The position numbers were made by a program, and so were the translations under genes. A stretch of DNA of 63,829 bases, filler included, from Octopus bimaculoides (taxonomy: Eukaryota): the NCBI RefSeq assembly GCF_001194135.2. It is 6 parts of 6 records of this genome, joined end to end, with 100 filler letters (N's around TTAATTAATTAA, not from the genome) between each part and the next. Parts side by side here need not be neighbours in the genome. Positions count along the whole stretch, not along the records: positions 44,739 to 54,624 come from NC_069000.1; positions 54,725 to 63,829 come from NC_068990.1; 4 more parts are not named here. One strand, given 5' to 3'. Every line of letters starts with the position of its first letter. Position 1 is the stretch's first letter. Below are positions 52,364 through 63,829 of the stretch, in pieces. The notes under the pieces were generated by a model. That model saw only the letters and a program-made list of their open reading frames with translations. It made no database searches and had not been told where the DNA came from.

Positions 52364-52639
52364 CTCTAACGTATACTCTTCAATTGTTACTTTTCCAATG
52401 TTACTCTTTTATTAACATTCTTATATTGTTACTTTCCATTGTTACTCCTTCCTGGCTACCACTTCGTATAAACTCTTCCATTGTTATTTTCCATTGTTAC
52501 TCCTTCCTGGCTACCCTTTCATATAAACTCTTCCATTATTACTTTCTAACCTATACTTTTGCGTTACTACTCTTTCCTAGCTGCTCTTTAATTGCTTCTT
52601 TTTATTATTTTTTTTTATCAGAAAGTCTCTAATAAGATA

Positions 52640-53250
52640 AGAATCAACTTAGTGTAAGGGTCTATGAAGATGGAAAGAATCAAGATGAAAGGAATGAAAT
52701 TTGTTTAGACTTGAAAGAGTTCAGGACATAAGAAGCAGGTAGGGTAACAAATGAAATGGAAAGAAATTCTAAAGTCTAGCAGTTTAAGAAAAAAAAAGTT
52801 ACGACTGTAGAAAGACTTCCTTATTTGTGGAAGCACAACAACATTTCGATGAAGACACTGGTATTAATATTACATTTTTACTTATCACCACTTAGCACAC
52901 TCATCCCATAATTCAATTACGATGAGCCATTGATTTGCATTACCAGCTGATGTATGTTGACTAGAAAAACATAAGAGAGACTGTCTGTCTCTCTCTCTTG
53001 TCAGCTTGCAGTGCCACTATCTGGTTTCTGTGACTGAAGTGGAGATAACTGCTCCGAAATGCTTACATCTCACAGTCTGGATAGGTGGCGCTGTGAGCTG
53101 ATTTTTGGTGTTTACACCATATGTCTACAGCAAGAAATTTTCTCCATGACAAAACATGGTGATGGCTTGTTTACAAGTTTGAATGTGCTTTTAACATATT
53201 TGAACTGGTATTAACGTTGCATTTTTACTTATCACTGCTTAGTGCACTCA
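52640..53250 (-). mobile_element. Possible CR1/L2-group LINE 3' fragment
   Basis: Weak TARL.N / PASYVLNSFKS-like C-terminal pattern only. Confidence 0.3.
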
Positions 53251-53828
53251 CACTGTGATCTTCAAGTCAGACAAGATGGCACAAAGTAATCTGGAATTAA
53301 GAGACAAAATTCACAAGAGCACTTCCTGTGGTAATAACAATAAAAAAAAAAGACTAATACTAAGACATGGTAATGCCATGTTGATGTGACACAAGGGTTG
53401 CAGAGTTGAAGCAAGAGAGGAACCAATCAAATTAGGGACTCACTTTTGAACCCAGTCGATTAGATCCAAGTGACCAGATGGAGCACTATCCCAAATATGA
53501 CAACGGTATCCCATACAATTATGAATGGTAGGCTTGTAAAGATACATCTCCACAGTTCGTCCTTGTATGAAATGCTCTTGTCATATTTGTCTCTTTAATT
53601 ATTACTCTTTCATTGTTATTCTTTTAATTGTTTACTCTTTAATTAAAGTGGAGGTGCATAGCTTAGTGGTTAGGGTGTTGAACTCATGAGTGTAAGATTG
53701 TGGTTTTGATTCCGGGACTGGGTGATGTGTTATGTTCTTGAGCAAGTCACTTCATTTCACATTACTCCAGTCCACCCAGCTGGTAAGAGTAAGTATTCGT
53801 GCAACAGACTGACATCCAGTCCAGTGGT

Positions 53829-53868
<40 letters not shown>

Positions 53869-54087
53869 AAGGAATCCAGAAAACCTTCCATATGAGTCCA
53901 AATGATTTGGAAAGGAACTTTATCCTTCAATTGTGACTCTTCCATTGCCATTCTTTAATTGCTGCTCTTTCAGTATTATTCTTTATTTGCTATTCTTTCA
54001 TTCTTACTCTTTTGTTGCTACTTTCTCATACATATTTTTCATTGTTATTTCTTCATTGTTACTCTTTCATTAATGCTGCATCATTAA

Positions 54088-54302
54088 GGGTGGTGAGCTG
54101 GTAGAATTGTTAGCACACAAGACACAATGCTTACCAGCATCTCATGTCTTGATATTCTGAGATCAAATTCCACCGAAAGTTGACTTTGCCTTTCATCCTT
54201 TCAGATTTGATAAAGTTAATACCAGTCAAGTATTGTGGTCGATGTAATCGACTCCCCCTCCCCTCAAAAACTGCTGGCTCTGTGACAAAATTTGAAGCCA
54301 TT
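54088..54302 (+). mobile_element. SINE family B, near full length, with (ATT)n tail
   Basis: GGTGGTGAGCTGGTAGAATTGTTAG...TCAAATTCC...AAAATTTGAAGCCA. Confidence 0.82.
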
Positions 54303-54342
54303 ATTGTTGCATTATTTTTATTACAATTATATTATTATTACA

Positions 54343-54376
<34 letters not shown>

Positions 54377-54381
<5 letters not shown>

Positions 54382-54624
54382 TAGTTTTATTTTTATAACG
54401 TGCTTTCACTTCACTGTGGTTTGCTGTGATGCTCTTATGGTTACTGTATTGAAAGTGTTTTGTGTAGGATGTGTGCAGTGCCCAGTAGTGTAATTTTCTG
54501 TATGTTATATATATTTGTAAGTCCTGTTTTTTTTGTTATGTATTTGTCTGAATATTTTTTTATCATACCTAATGCACCTACTATGATAGGAATTGTTTCT
54601 GTTTTTAGATTCCACATTCGAGTT
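54377..54624 (-). mobile_element. R4/Dong family 1 3' fragment
   Basis: Same sequence as 8225-8526; cut by a linker gap. Confidence 0.88.
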
Positions 54625-54833
54625 NNNNNNNNNNNNNNNNNNNNNNNNNNNNNNNNNNNNNNNNNNNNTTAATTAATTAANNNNNNNNNNNNNNNNNNNN
54701 NNNNNNNNNNNNNNNNNNNNNNNNATATATATATGATGGCGTTGTAATGAGTATGAATTTACATTTTTGATTCAAATTTTTACTGTTACATACCTCATGC
54801 AAGATATAGCATAAAAGCATAAAACGATATCTT

Positions 54834-54892
<59 letters not shown>

Positions 54893-55410
54893 CTATCGCT
54901 AAAAGCTTGAGACGAGGTGCTGTCTTGTATTGTATTGAGTGTGTAATGCTTTGGTTTTCTAGCTTGCTGGTGGGAATTTATTTCCCTGGGTAAATGCTGT
55001 ATGGAGTATAGGTTGTTTTGCTTAGGTTGTATCATTGGAATGGTAGTGTTTTGCGTAGGATGTAGGCTGTTCTTAGCAGGGCTATTTGTTAAACAGTGTG
55101 TAGTGTTGAGAATCCAGGTACAGCTTCTAGATTTTTCTTCATATGATTTTTTTATCATGCCTAATGCTCCAATTGTTTTCACCTTCATGCCCCACATTTT
55201 AAATACTTGAATTTCGAGGTCTTTGTACTTCAACAGTTTCTCCACTTCTTTTTGATCAGAAGGGAGTGCAATGTTTATCAGTAAGCAGGTGTTTTCCCCC
55301 AATCCGTAACTATTATGTCTGGACGATTAGCTTTTATTTCTTTGTCGGTTTGAACGCGTATATCCCAGATGATTGTGGTCTGATCATTGTCTTGTACTTT
55401 GCTTGGCATA
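54893..55410 (-). mobile_element. R4/Dong-type LINE 3' end (third family) ending at a (TATC)n array
   Basis: WYKH.P..V.DNDQTTIIWDIRVQTDKEIKANRPDIIV, CLLINIALPSD.KEVEKLLKYKDLEIQVFKMW. Confidence 0.8.
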
Positions 55411-56600
55411 TGCTTATACCACCTGCTCGACCTTTTAGGGATAGCTTCCTCTCGGCCCATTTCGCTCCAGTTCTTCTCCATTTGAAGATCCGAGCAATTT
55501 AACCGGTCCGTCGGTCCAGCGTCCCACGATGGAGACGCTGTTTGACAGCATGCGCTGGCTTCTCCAGGTGCCGAGCCGCAAGCCCACTAACTTTTCCAAG
55601 TTAATTTTTGCTCCCGTTACTGCTTCGTATTCTTTTAGTATCTCGCCGACGAGGTCGTTGTGCTTGTGGCTCGACACTATGACGATGACGTCGTCCGCAT
55701 CGTCGCCAGCTTCTGTAGTAGAGGCTCAAGAGTCATTACATACAGAAGCGACGAGAGGGGGAATCCTTGACGAACCGAACACATGATGTTAAACGGTCTG
55801 GNNNNNNNNNNCGCAAGCCCACTAACTTTTCCAAGTTAATTTTTGCTCCCGTTACTGCTTCGTATTCTTTTAGTATCTCGCCGACGAGGTCGTTGTGCTT
55901 GTGGCTCGACACTATGACGATGACGTCGTCCGCATCGTCGCCAGCTTCTGTAGTAGAGGCTCAAGAGTCATTACATACAGAAGCGACGAGAGGGGGAATC
56001 CTTGACGAACCGAACACATGATGTTAAACGGTCTGGATAGATGACCATTTACGCGAACTACCGAGAAGATGCCGCTGTATAAGGCAGTGATCCAACCGCG
56101 GAAGATGGGACCGAAACCAGCCGCTTTAAGGACAGCCTCCAAGTAGTGATGGTCTACCCTATCGAAAGCTTTTGATTGATCCAAATTGATCAGCGCCCCA
56201 TCCATGCCAGGTTCTATGATGTAGCGCATCAGGTGGAGGTTGCAATGGATACTCCTACCCGGTACGGCGTACGTTTGCGCCTTGTCGGCTAGTTTCTCGA
56301 TGACAAGCGCCAACCTCTCGGCTAACACCTTAGCCAAAATCTTCAAGTCTGCGTTGAGCAGAGTGATGAGCCTGAAGTTATCTATGACGTTCCCCTTGTT
56401 TGGGTTCTTTCTTTAGCAGTCCCACCGCTCCTCGCTTTACAAAGACGGGGAGACTCTCGTTTTGCTGCCAGTTACAGTAGACAGCTGCCAAGACGCCTCC
56501 AAACAAGTCTGGCGTAGGACAATAAAGTTCGTAGGGTACACCATCCAAACCTGGTGACTTGTCCCCCGCGCAGCCTGCCATCGCATCCCGTAGCCCGCGG
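55410..56600 (-). mobile_element. Tx1/L1-clade LINE RT fragment
   Basis: DKSPGLDGVPYELY, KILAKVLAERL, LINLDQSKAFDRVDH, SVRQGFPLSSLLY, ADDVIV, YEAVTGAKINLEK. Confidence 0.9.
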
Positions 56601-57156
56601 CTGTGATAGGTCTTTCAAAACACTCCCCTCTCTTATATAATTACATACATTCAAGGATCAATTGATCGATCGAGAGATATTTGCTTAGACATATAGTGCG
56701 ATAGGTTTATATAGTGCGATAGGTTTATATAGACAGATTGGCAGATAGACAGAATACATATATTCATGCATATCTACATGTTTACATAGATGCATATTTA
56801 CATATTTACATGCATGCATGCATAAATCGATCGAAAGCTTGAAAGGTAGATACATACCTAAATAAATATATTGTTTGATAGATTGGGAAACGAATAAATA
56901 CACAAACAAATACTCATTCATTCAAATACATAGACATAAATATATGCATGCATACATACATGTATATATGTATATATACTCGCGTACGTACATACTTCAC
57001 ACACATACACGAACATACATAAATACATACATGCATGCAGAATTCTCATGACATTATAGATATAAGACGTTTTGTCTTCTGTTTCTGCTTCTTTGTATAT
57101 ATCATATATATAAAGACAGACAGACAGACAGTCAAACAGAGAGAGTTGAAGGGAGG

Positions 57157-57227
<71 letters not shown>

Positions 57228-57370
57228 CTAATATCAACCCTGGCAAAATACTTCATACCAGATTATCAGTAACATACATATAATGACGACTGGAAACAGC
57301 TGTAAACCAAATTCGCTCAGACAGATAGACAGACAGGCAGACAGGCAGATAGATAGATAGATAGATAGAT

Positions 57371-57682
57371 TTCTTTTATTAGCCACACAGGGCTCAACGA
57401 AGATGGGACAAATACAATGTAGAGCTTTTCTTTTTGGGAGGAGGAAGAAAAAAAAAGGGGGTGTCGATCAAAAGGGATCGTAGGAAGGAAAAGGGGGTAG
57501 TTCGATCAAAAGGGATCAAAAAAAAAAAAAAAAANNNNNNNNNNNNNNNNNGCCGATCAATAGGGATCGTGTATCACACAGTAATATTCTCGTGTAAAAG
57601 GAGGGGAGGACAGTTCAGGTTTGGCTGTGGAAAGAAAAGTCTACGGAAAAGACCACGGTAACCTTGGTCAATATTCTCATTG
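57371..57682 (-). mobile_element. Probable 3' UTR/tail of a non-LTR retroelement, flanked by (GATA)n on both sides
   Basis: Ends ...GAGCCCTGTGTGGCTAATAAAAGAA then (ATCT)n; no ORF. Confidence 0.45.
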
Positions 57683-57748
<66 letters not shown>

Positions 57749-58733
57749 CGAAGCATCTCTAATTTTAATATAAACATTGCGCATTTGTACAGAAAATTTT
57801 GGTTTCGACATGAACAGCGAATATAGTAATCGAAACACAAGGTCCTTTTTTCTCGTCTTTTTTTTTGTTGTTTTATGTCCTAAATTCAATATAAGGGAGT
57901 TCGCAGTGCATTCTTCTCCTAGATAAACATCTCTCTGTAACATCGAAATCTGGCCTTAACCAAGCGTATGACGTTGAGTCTTCGCTAGCCTGCTTGAATA
58001 CGCTAAACCCGGATCCAACATAAGCGTCTGATATAGCAAGATATCCCAACTTCAGTCCAACTTTTAAACAAGAACAGAAAATTGGTAGTTTAACAGCTAA
58101 TGTTAGACATTATTATAAGAAAGTATTCACTATTCTATTTGATTTTCGAACCTCTACATTGTTATACATACAAATACATACACGGAGATACAGACACACA
58201 TACACACACACACACACACACNNNNNNNNNNNNNNNNNNNNNNNNNNNNNNNNNNNNNNNNNNNNNNNNNNNNNNNNNNNNNNNNNNNNNNNNNNNNNNN
58301 NNNNNNNNNNNNNNNNNNNNNNNNNNNNNNNNNNNNNNNNNNNNNNNNNNNNNNNNNNNNNNNNNNNNNNNNNNNNNNNNNNNNNNNNNNNNNNNNNNNN
58401 NNNNNNNNNNNNNNNNNNNNNNNNNNNNNNNNNNNNNNNNNNNNNNNNNNNNNNNNNNNNNNNNNNNNNNNNNNNNNNNNNNNNNNNNNNNNNNNNNNNN
58501 NNNNNNNNNNNNNNNNNNNNNNNNNNNNNNNNNNNNNNNNNNNNNNNNNNNNNNNNNNNNNNNNNNNNNNNNNNNNNNNNNNNNNNNNNNNNNNNNNNNN
58601 NNNNNNNNNNNNNNNNNNNNNNNNNNNNNNNNNNNNNNNNNNNNNNNNNNNNNNNNNNNNNNNNNNNNNNNNNNNNNNNNNNNNNNNNNNNNNNNNNNNN
58701 NNNNNNNNNNNNNNNNNNNNNNNNNNNNNNNNN

Positions 58734-58770
<37 letters not shown>

Positions 58771-59357
58771 TATACACATATGTATGTGTGTGTGTATATA
58801 TATATACTATGTATGTATGTATGCATGTATGCATGTATGTACGTACGTATGTACACACACAAACCACTTAGCTAGTTACGAAATGATGGTAAAACTGAAA
58901 AATGTGTCGACTTACGATATCTTATTTGAATGTGAGAGTGAATGTGAAACTGTCAAAATGTAGGTATTGACTTTACGATAATGCTATTTGCAACACCAAA
59001 CCAAAAGAAGCAAATAGATGGTTGTTCAAATGTACTTTTTAGCATTTCTTATTGACCGTATTATTCTGCTAAACATTTTAAAGTCTAGAGACTTCTACTC
59101 TGATAATGAAATCTCACCAGGAGGTAGGTTTTCTCGATTTCTTGATGGCGGTCAGGTATACACAATAGATTCCCGACCTACGCAATAGAAAAAAAGGGAG
59201 ACTGTCTGTCTGTAAAAACCACATCTTAACTAGTTTGTGTTGTATGTTCAGTATAGTATAATATGGTATATGAAGTCAAAAGAAATTCGAGAAGAGAGTG
59301 TTTTGCAGCTAGTACGAGAAATGGATGGGTGTGGGAAAAAAAGGAAAGTAGGTAAAC

Positions 59358-59424
<67 letters not shown>

Positions 59425-59447
59425 TATAAATACTATATACATATATA

Positions 59448-59760
59448 CATGGCTATGTGGTAAGGAATTTGCTTTCCAACAACATGGTTGTAGGTTCAGC
59501 CCCACTGAATGGCACCTTTGACAAGTGTCTTGTTTTCTACTATAGCCTCGGGCGGACCAAAGCCTTCTGAGTAGATTTGTTAGATGGAAACTGAATGAAG
59601 CCCGTCGCATATATTTGCTTGTTTGTGTGTGTGTGTCTTTGTGTGTATTTTCCCAGCACCACCACCTGGCAACTGGTGTTGGTATGTTGACGTCCCTGTA
59701 ACTTAGCGCTTCTGCAAAAGGTACCAATAAAATAAGTACCAGGGTCGGTCATTTCGTTCA
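59448..59760 (+). mobile_element. SINE family C (3' truncated)
   Basis: Matches 51645-52060. Confidence 0.8.
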
Positions 59761-59762
59761 AA

Positions 59763-60095
59763 GCAGTGCTCCGGCTGCTGTGTATGACTGCGGCTTTGAA
59801 CTGGTTGATCATGATCCCTATTCTCCCGGTTTGGCCCCATCTGACTATCATCTGTTTCCTAACATGAAAAAACACTTGGCTGGGAATCAGTACCGCAGTG
59901 ATGACGCGTCATATCTGCTGTTGAATTTTTGGGCCAACTAGATAAAAGCCTATTCACCAATGAGACCCAAGTACTGCAAAACCGATGGAAGAAGCGTGTG
60001 GACCGCAATGAGGACTATGTTGAAAAATAAACCTCACTTGGTCACAATTTATGAGAGTATCTTAGTTTGCCTATGAACTTTTCAGCCGACCTTCG
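59763..60095 (+). mobile_element. Mariner transposase C-terminus and right TIR (defective)
   Basis: FELVDHDPYSPGLAPSDYHLFPNMKKHLAG (YSPDLAPSD motif), RWKKRVDRNEDYVEK*; TIR-like GAACTTTTCAGCCGACCTTCG. Confidence 0.9.
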
Positions 60096-60102
60096 GATAG
60101 AC

Positions 60103-60168
<66 letters not shown>

Positions 60169-61092
60169 GCAATCAGATGGGCTGAGAGACACAAAGACGG
60201 TAAATTTCCTCCATCTCTGTCGCTGAAAGCTGAAGAATTATCTCGATCAACGGAAATATTCCTATTTAATTTAACGAAATCGACAGTTAATTTTTACAAA
60301 AAAAATGTGGTTGAATATAGGATGCCTATACGAGCAAAAGATACTTTGTAACCCACAGTTTCTTTCTTTGCAATCTACAATGTATAGAGGTCTATGCCAG
60401 TAAGAGACACTGATGTGCCTCTTTTTATTTTTGGTAACGATCTACAGCGAAATAACCTACAATGAAACAACTGTGGTAAATGACAATATTTTCACCTGAT
60501 ATAGAGAAGGGTTTTGAGTAAATGAAATATTCATACTTGGCAGTTTAAGGTTGGAGAATCCGCTATCCATACGAAAACTATGCTAAATTGTAGTCTCTCC
60601 ACCACGCATGATCCACAGAATTAGTACTACAAATATCAAAACATTTAGGAAAACATTATTGCAGGTAGGGACAACGTATTTCGTTATGCAACCATATATA
60701 TATATACAACAAAGTATATTAAACGCCAAAGTATACAAAACGTCATTGTTTGCATAATGTGATCGCATTGTTTACATTCTGTGTCGATCGTATTGTTTAC
60801 ATTATAAGTCAATACTGTGTCGATCGCGTTGTGTACATAGACGTGTTCAATTAGGAACGTCGTAACTTTCGGTACTGGCTCTAATTTCTATCGAATATCT
60901 GTAGAGATAACTTTAAAAATTGATTTGTAAATAAAATATATTATTCAAAGGTAGAATATCTAATCATCGTATTTTCATACCAAACTTTGGAAACATGTAG
61001 AAACTTTCCTGTGATAAATTTAATATTCTCTGGAATACTTAACCTAACCACAGAGAAAATATGCTACGGGAAGTCATATATCCTTTCTACTG

Positions 61093-61524
61093 TAGGCACA
61101 AGGTCTGAAAATTTTAAGTCGAAGGGTGTTTGTCGATTACACCGACCCAGTTTTCAACTGATACTTATTTTATCGATCCCGAAAGGATTAAATGCAAAGT
61201 CGCCCTCGGCGGAATTTGAACTCAGAACATAAAGACTGGCGAAATGCCGCTAAACATTTTGCTCAGCGTGCTAACAAATCTGCCAGCCTGCCGCCTTACA
61301 GGAAGTAATATTGGTTTCAAATTTTGGCACAAGGTTAGCAATTTCGGGGGATGGCATAAGTCGATTAGATCGACCCCAGTGCTCAACTGGTACTTATTTT
61401 ATCGACCCTGAAAGGATGAAAGGCGAAGTCGCCCTCGGCGGAATTTGAACTCAGAACGTAAAGACGAACGAAATGCCGCTGAGCAGTTTGCCCAGCGCGC
61501 TAACGATTCTGCCTGCTCGCGACT
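61093..61524 (-). mobile_element. Two tandem SINE family B copies; the second has a 17-bp TSD
   Basis: TTACAGGAAGTAATATT at 61296-61312 and 61525-61541. Confidence 0.85.
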
Positions 61525-63074
61525 TTACAGGAAGTAATATTAAAACATGCAAAATTCTGACATAAACTAGAAACTTTCACAGAAAGGTGATATGTACATA
61601 CAGACGCTGTTTCGAGAGTAAAGATGGTGGAAGAAATTGAAGACAATTCCAGCAAAAATTTCTATTGCTGTAAGACACCACACGTACATCATCTGCTAAA
61701 CAAAAGCAGCAAAATATATATAAGTACATAAAAGTGTGATAAAAATCTTCGAAAAGTTTGTTTCAAAGATGTTCGAGAACTGCTGTACGAAAGTATTTCG
61801 AAACAATTATGGAGAGAATATATTCTACATACAAACAAGACACTATGCTTAGACATTTTTCGCTGAAAATTGAGAGTTTTGTCAAAATTGGCTGGAAATG
61901 TAGCGTTACTTGAACTCACGGTCTTTCTATTATCTGACCTTTCGAAGGTTATACTTTCAAAATTGAAAAATAAGTGATTGCTACAAAACACCTGTTGAAT
62001 AAAGAAGACAATGAAGCTTTTAAAGTCCAGGAATATGACCGAAAATATTGATTGTGTCAAATATCCCTGAAAGCCATAACACAGGTACAAGTAGCTGACC
62101 AGGAACGCCGTCATATGTACCCACTTTGTGTGGCTAAAAGTATTTACAAAACTGCTTGTGGGAATGACTAACGTCAGAGAAATATCAAAACTATTTCTGA
62201 CATTTACATACATACACACATACATACATGCATGCATATATATATATATTTATATNNNNNNNNNNNNNNNNNNNNNNNNNNNNNNNNNNNNNNNNNNNNN
62301 NNNNNNNNNNNNNNNNNNNNNNNNNNNNNNNNNNNNNNNNNNNNNNNNNNNNNNNNNNNNNNNNNNNNNNNNNNNNNNNNNNNNNNNNNNNNNNNNNNNN
62401 NNNNNNNNNNNNNNNNNNNNNNNNNNNNNNNNNNNNNNNNNNNNNNNNNNNNNNNNNNNNNNNNNNNNNNNNNNNNNNNNNNNNNNNNNNNNNNNNNNNN
62501 NNNNNNNNNNNNNNNNNNNNNNNNNNNNNNNNNNNNNNNNNNNNNNNNNNNNNNNNNNNNNNNNNNNNNNNNNNNNNNNNNNNNNNNNNNNNNNNNNNNN
62601 NNNNNNNNNNNNNNNNNNNNNNNNNNNNNNNNNNNNNNNNNNNNNNNNNNNNNNNNNNNNNNNNNNNNNNNNNNNNNNNNNNNNNNNNNNNNNNNNNNNN
62701 NNNNNNNNNNNNNNNNNNNNNNNNNNNNNNNNNNNNNNNNNNNNNNNNNNNNNNNNNNNNNNNNNNNNNNNNNNNNNNNNNNNNNATATATATATATATA
62801 TACGCACACACACACATACACAAATAGCCTAATTCATTGTTATCTGTAGTTTTTAGCTATAATTCTTCCATATTTATCTTAGCATCATCTTAGAAGGTTT
62901 TCAACATCGTATATCTTCCCAGCTGTAATGATGAGGGGAAAAAATCTGAAGTTCCGTACCATAAATGACTTTTGGAAACCATAGGTTCCTACAAAATAAA
63001 ATAAGTGGAACACTTCAATCAAAACTAACAATCTATCTTTTATCTGTTTTAGACATTCAGACATTAGATTGCGG

Positions 63075-63240
63075 CCATGCTTCAGCACCGTTTTGGATTA
63101 TTAATCGCATGAATCGACCCCAGTAGTTACTCTCTTCTTTTTAAATCTGGTACTTATTCTATCGGTCTCTTTTGGTGAACTGCTAGTTTACAGGGACGTA
63201 AATATACTAACACCGGTTTTCAAGCGATGCTGGGGGACGA
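63075..63240 (-). mobile_element. SINE family C 3' fragment
   Basis: GCGGCCATGC...GGTACTTATTCTATCGGTCTCTTTT...GGGACGTAAA. Confidence 0.7.
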
Positions 63241-63669
63241 ACACAAACACAAAGACGCACGGATATATATATATATATGTGATAGCAACACCTTACTACA
63301 AATATCCCACGTATTGAGAATGAAGTAAAGATACTCATTTTCGCATTTACACGCCGGTATACCACGCCAGAACGCTACACTGCAACAACACCCAAGGCAA
63401 AGTCATACCACATGTCTCTACGTCACAGCTCGACATACCACCCCAGCGACAACATACTCCAATATTCTGCAAACAATGTTACAGCAAAATACAAATATAA
63501 TGGACATACGAAGACGCGTAGACATAAAACACACGTAAAAACACACGCGTAAAAATACATATAAATACATATACAGGTAGGTATACATATACATAAACGT
63601 ACATATCTACATACATTCATGTGTGGGTGTGTGTGGGTGTGTGTGTGTGTGTGTGTATGTGTGTGTGTG

Positions 63670-63706
<37 letters not shown>

Positions 63707-63829
63707 ATAATCATAGCTGCATATGAACATATAAGAATCACATACAGATATACTTGTATGTGTTTACATGCATATATACATATATCCCTTTGTATGAATA
63801 TATCATATAAAATATATATATATATATAT

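Noticed and set aside
55578-56035. Perfect ~220-bp direct repeat in the Tx1 fragment
   Set aside because: The copies flank a 10-N gap; most likely an assembly overlap.

Overview
Eukaryotic, AT-rich, repeat-saturated draft-genome sequence with many N-gaps. The repeat landscape looks like a coleoid cephalopod such as Octopus; that is an inference from the repeat families and microsatellite load. There is no prokaryotic content and no CRISPR array. Only one convincing host coding exon was found: a ~990-nt minus-strand exon (40549-41537) encoding a signal peptide plus an N-glycosylated ectodomain whose PYxDC motif resembles the Cache region of GPR158/GPR179-like proteins. Its downstream exons could not be recognised. 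The rest is transposon debris: Tc1 and mariner transposases, Penelope-like elements (PLEs), R4/Dong-type RLE LINEs embedded in (TAA)n or (GATA)n, Tx1/L1 and RTE LINEs, a Gypsy element with a candidate 3' LTR, a hAT MITE, several tRNA-derived SINE families and microsatellites. The most striking non-coding signal is a set of hammerhead-ribozyme motifs: one complete, canonical type I hammerhead at 11134-11186, plus several minimal or degenerate PLE-type hammerheads, some in inverted pairs. Five 100-bp gaps contain an artificial TTAATTAATTAA linker, so adjacency across them is uncertain. TE boundaries are approximate, and all alignments were done by eye.
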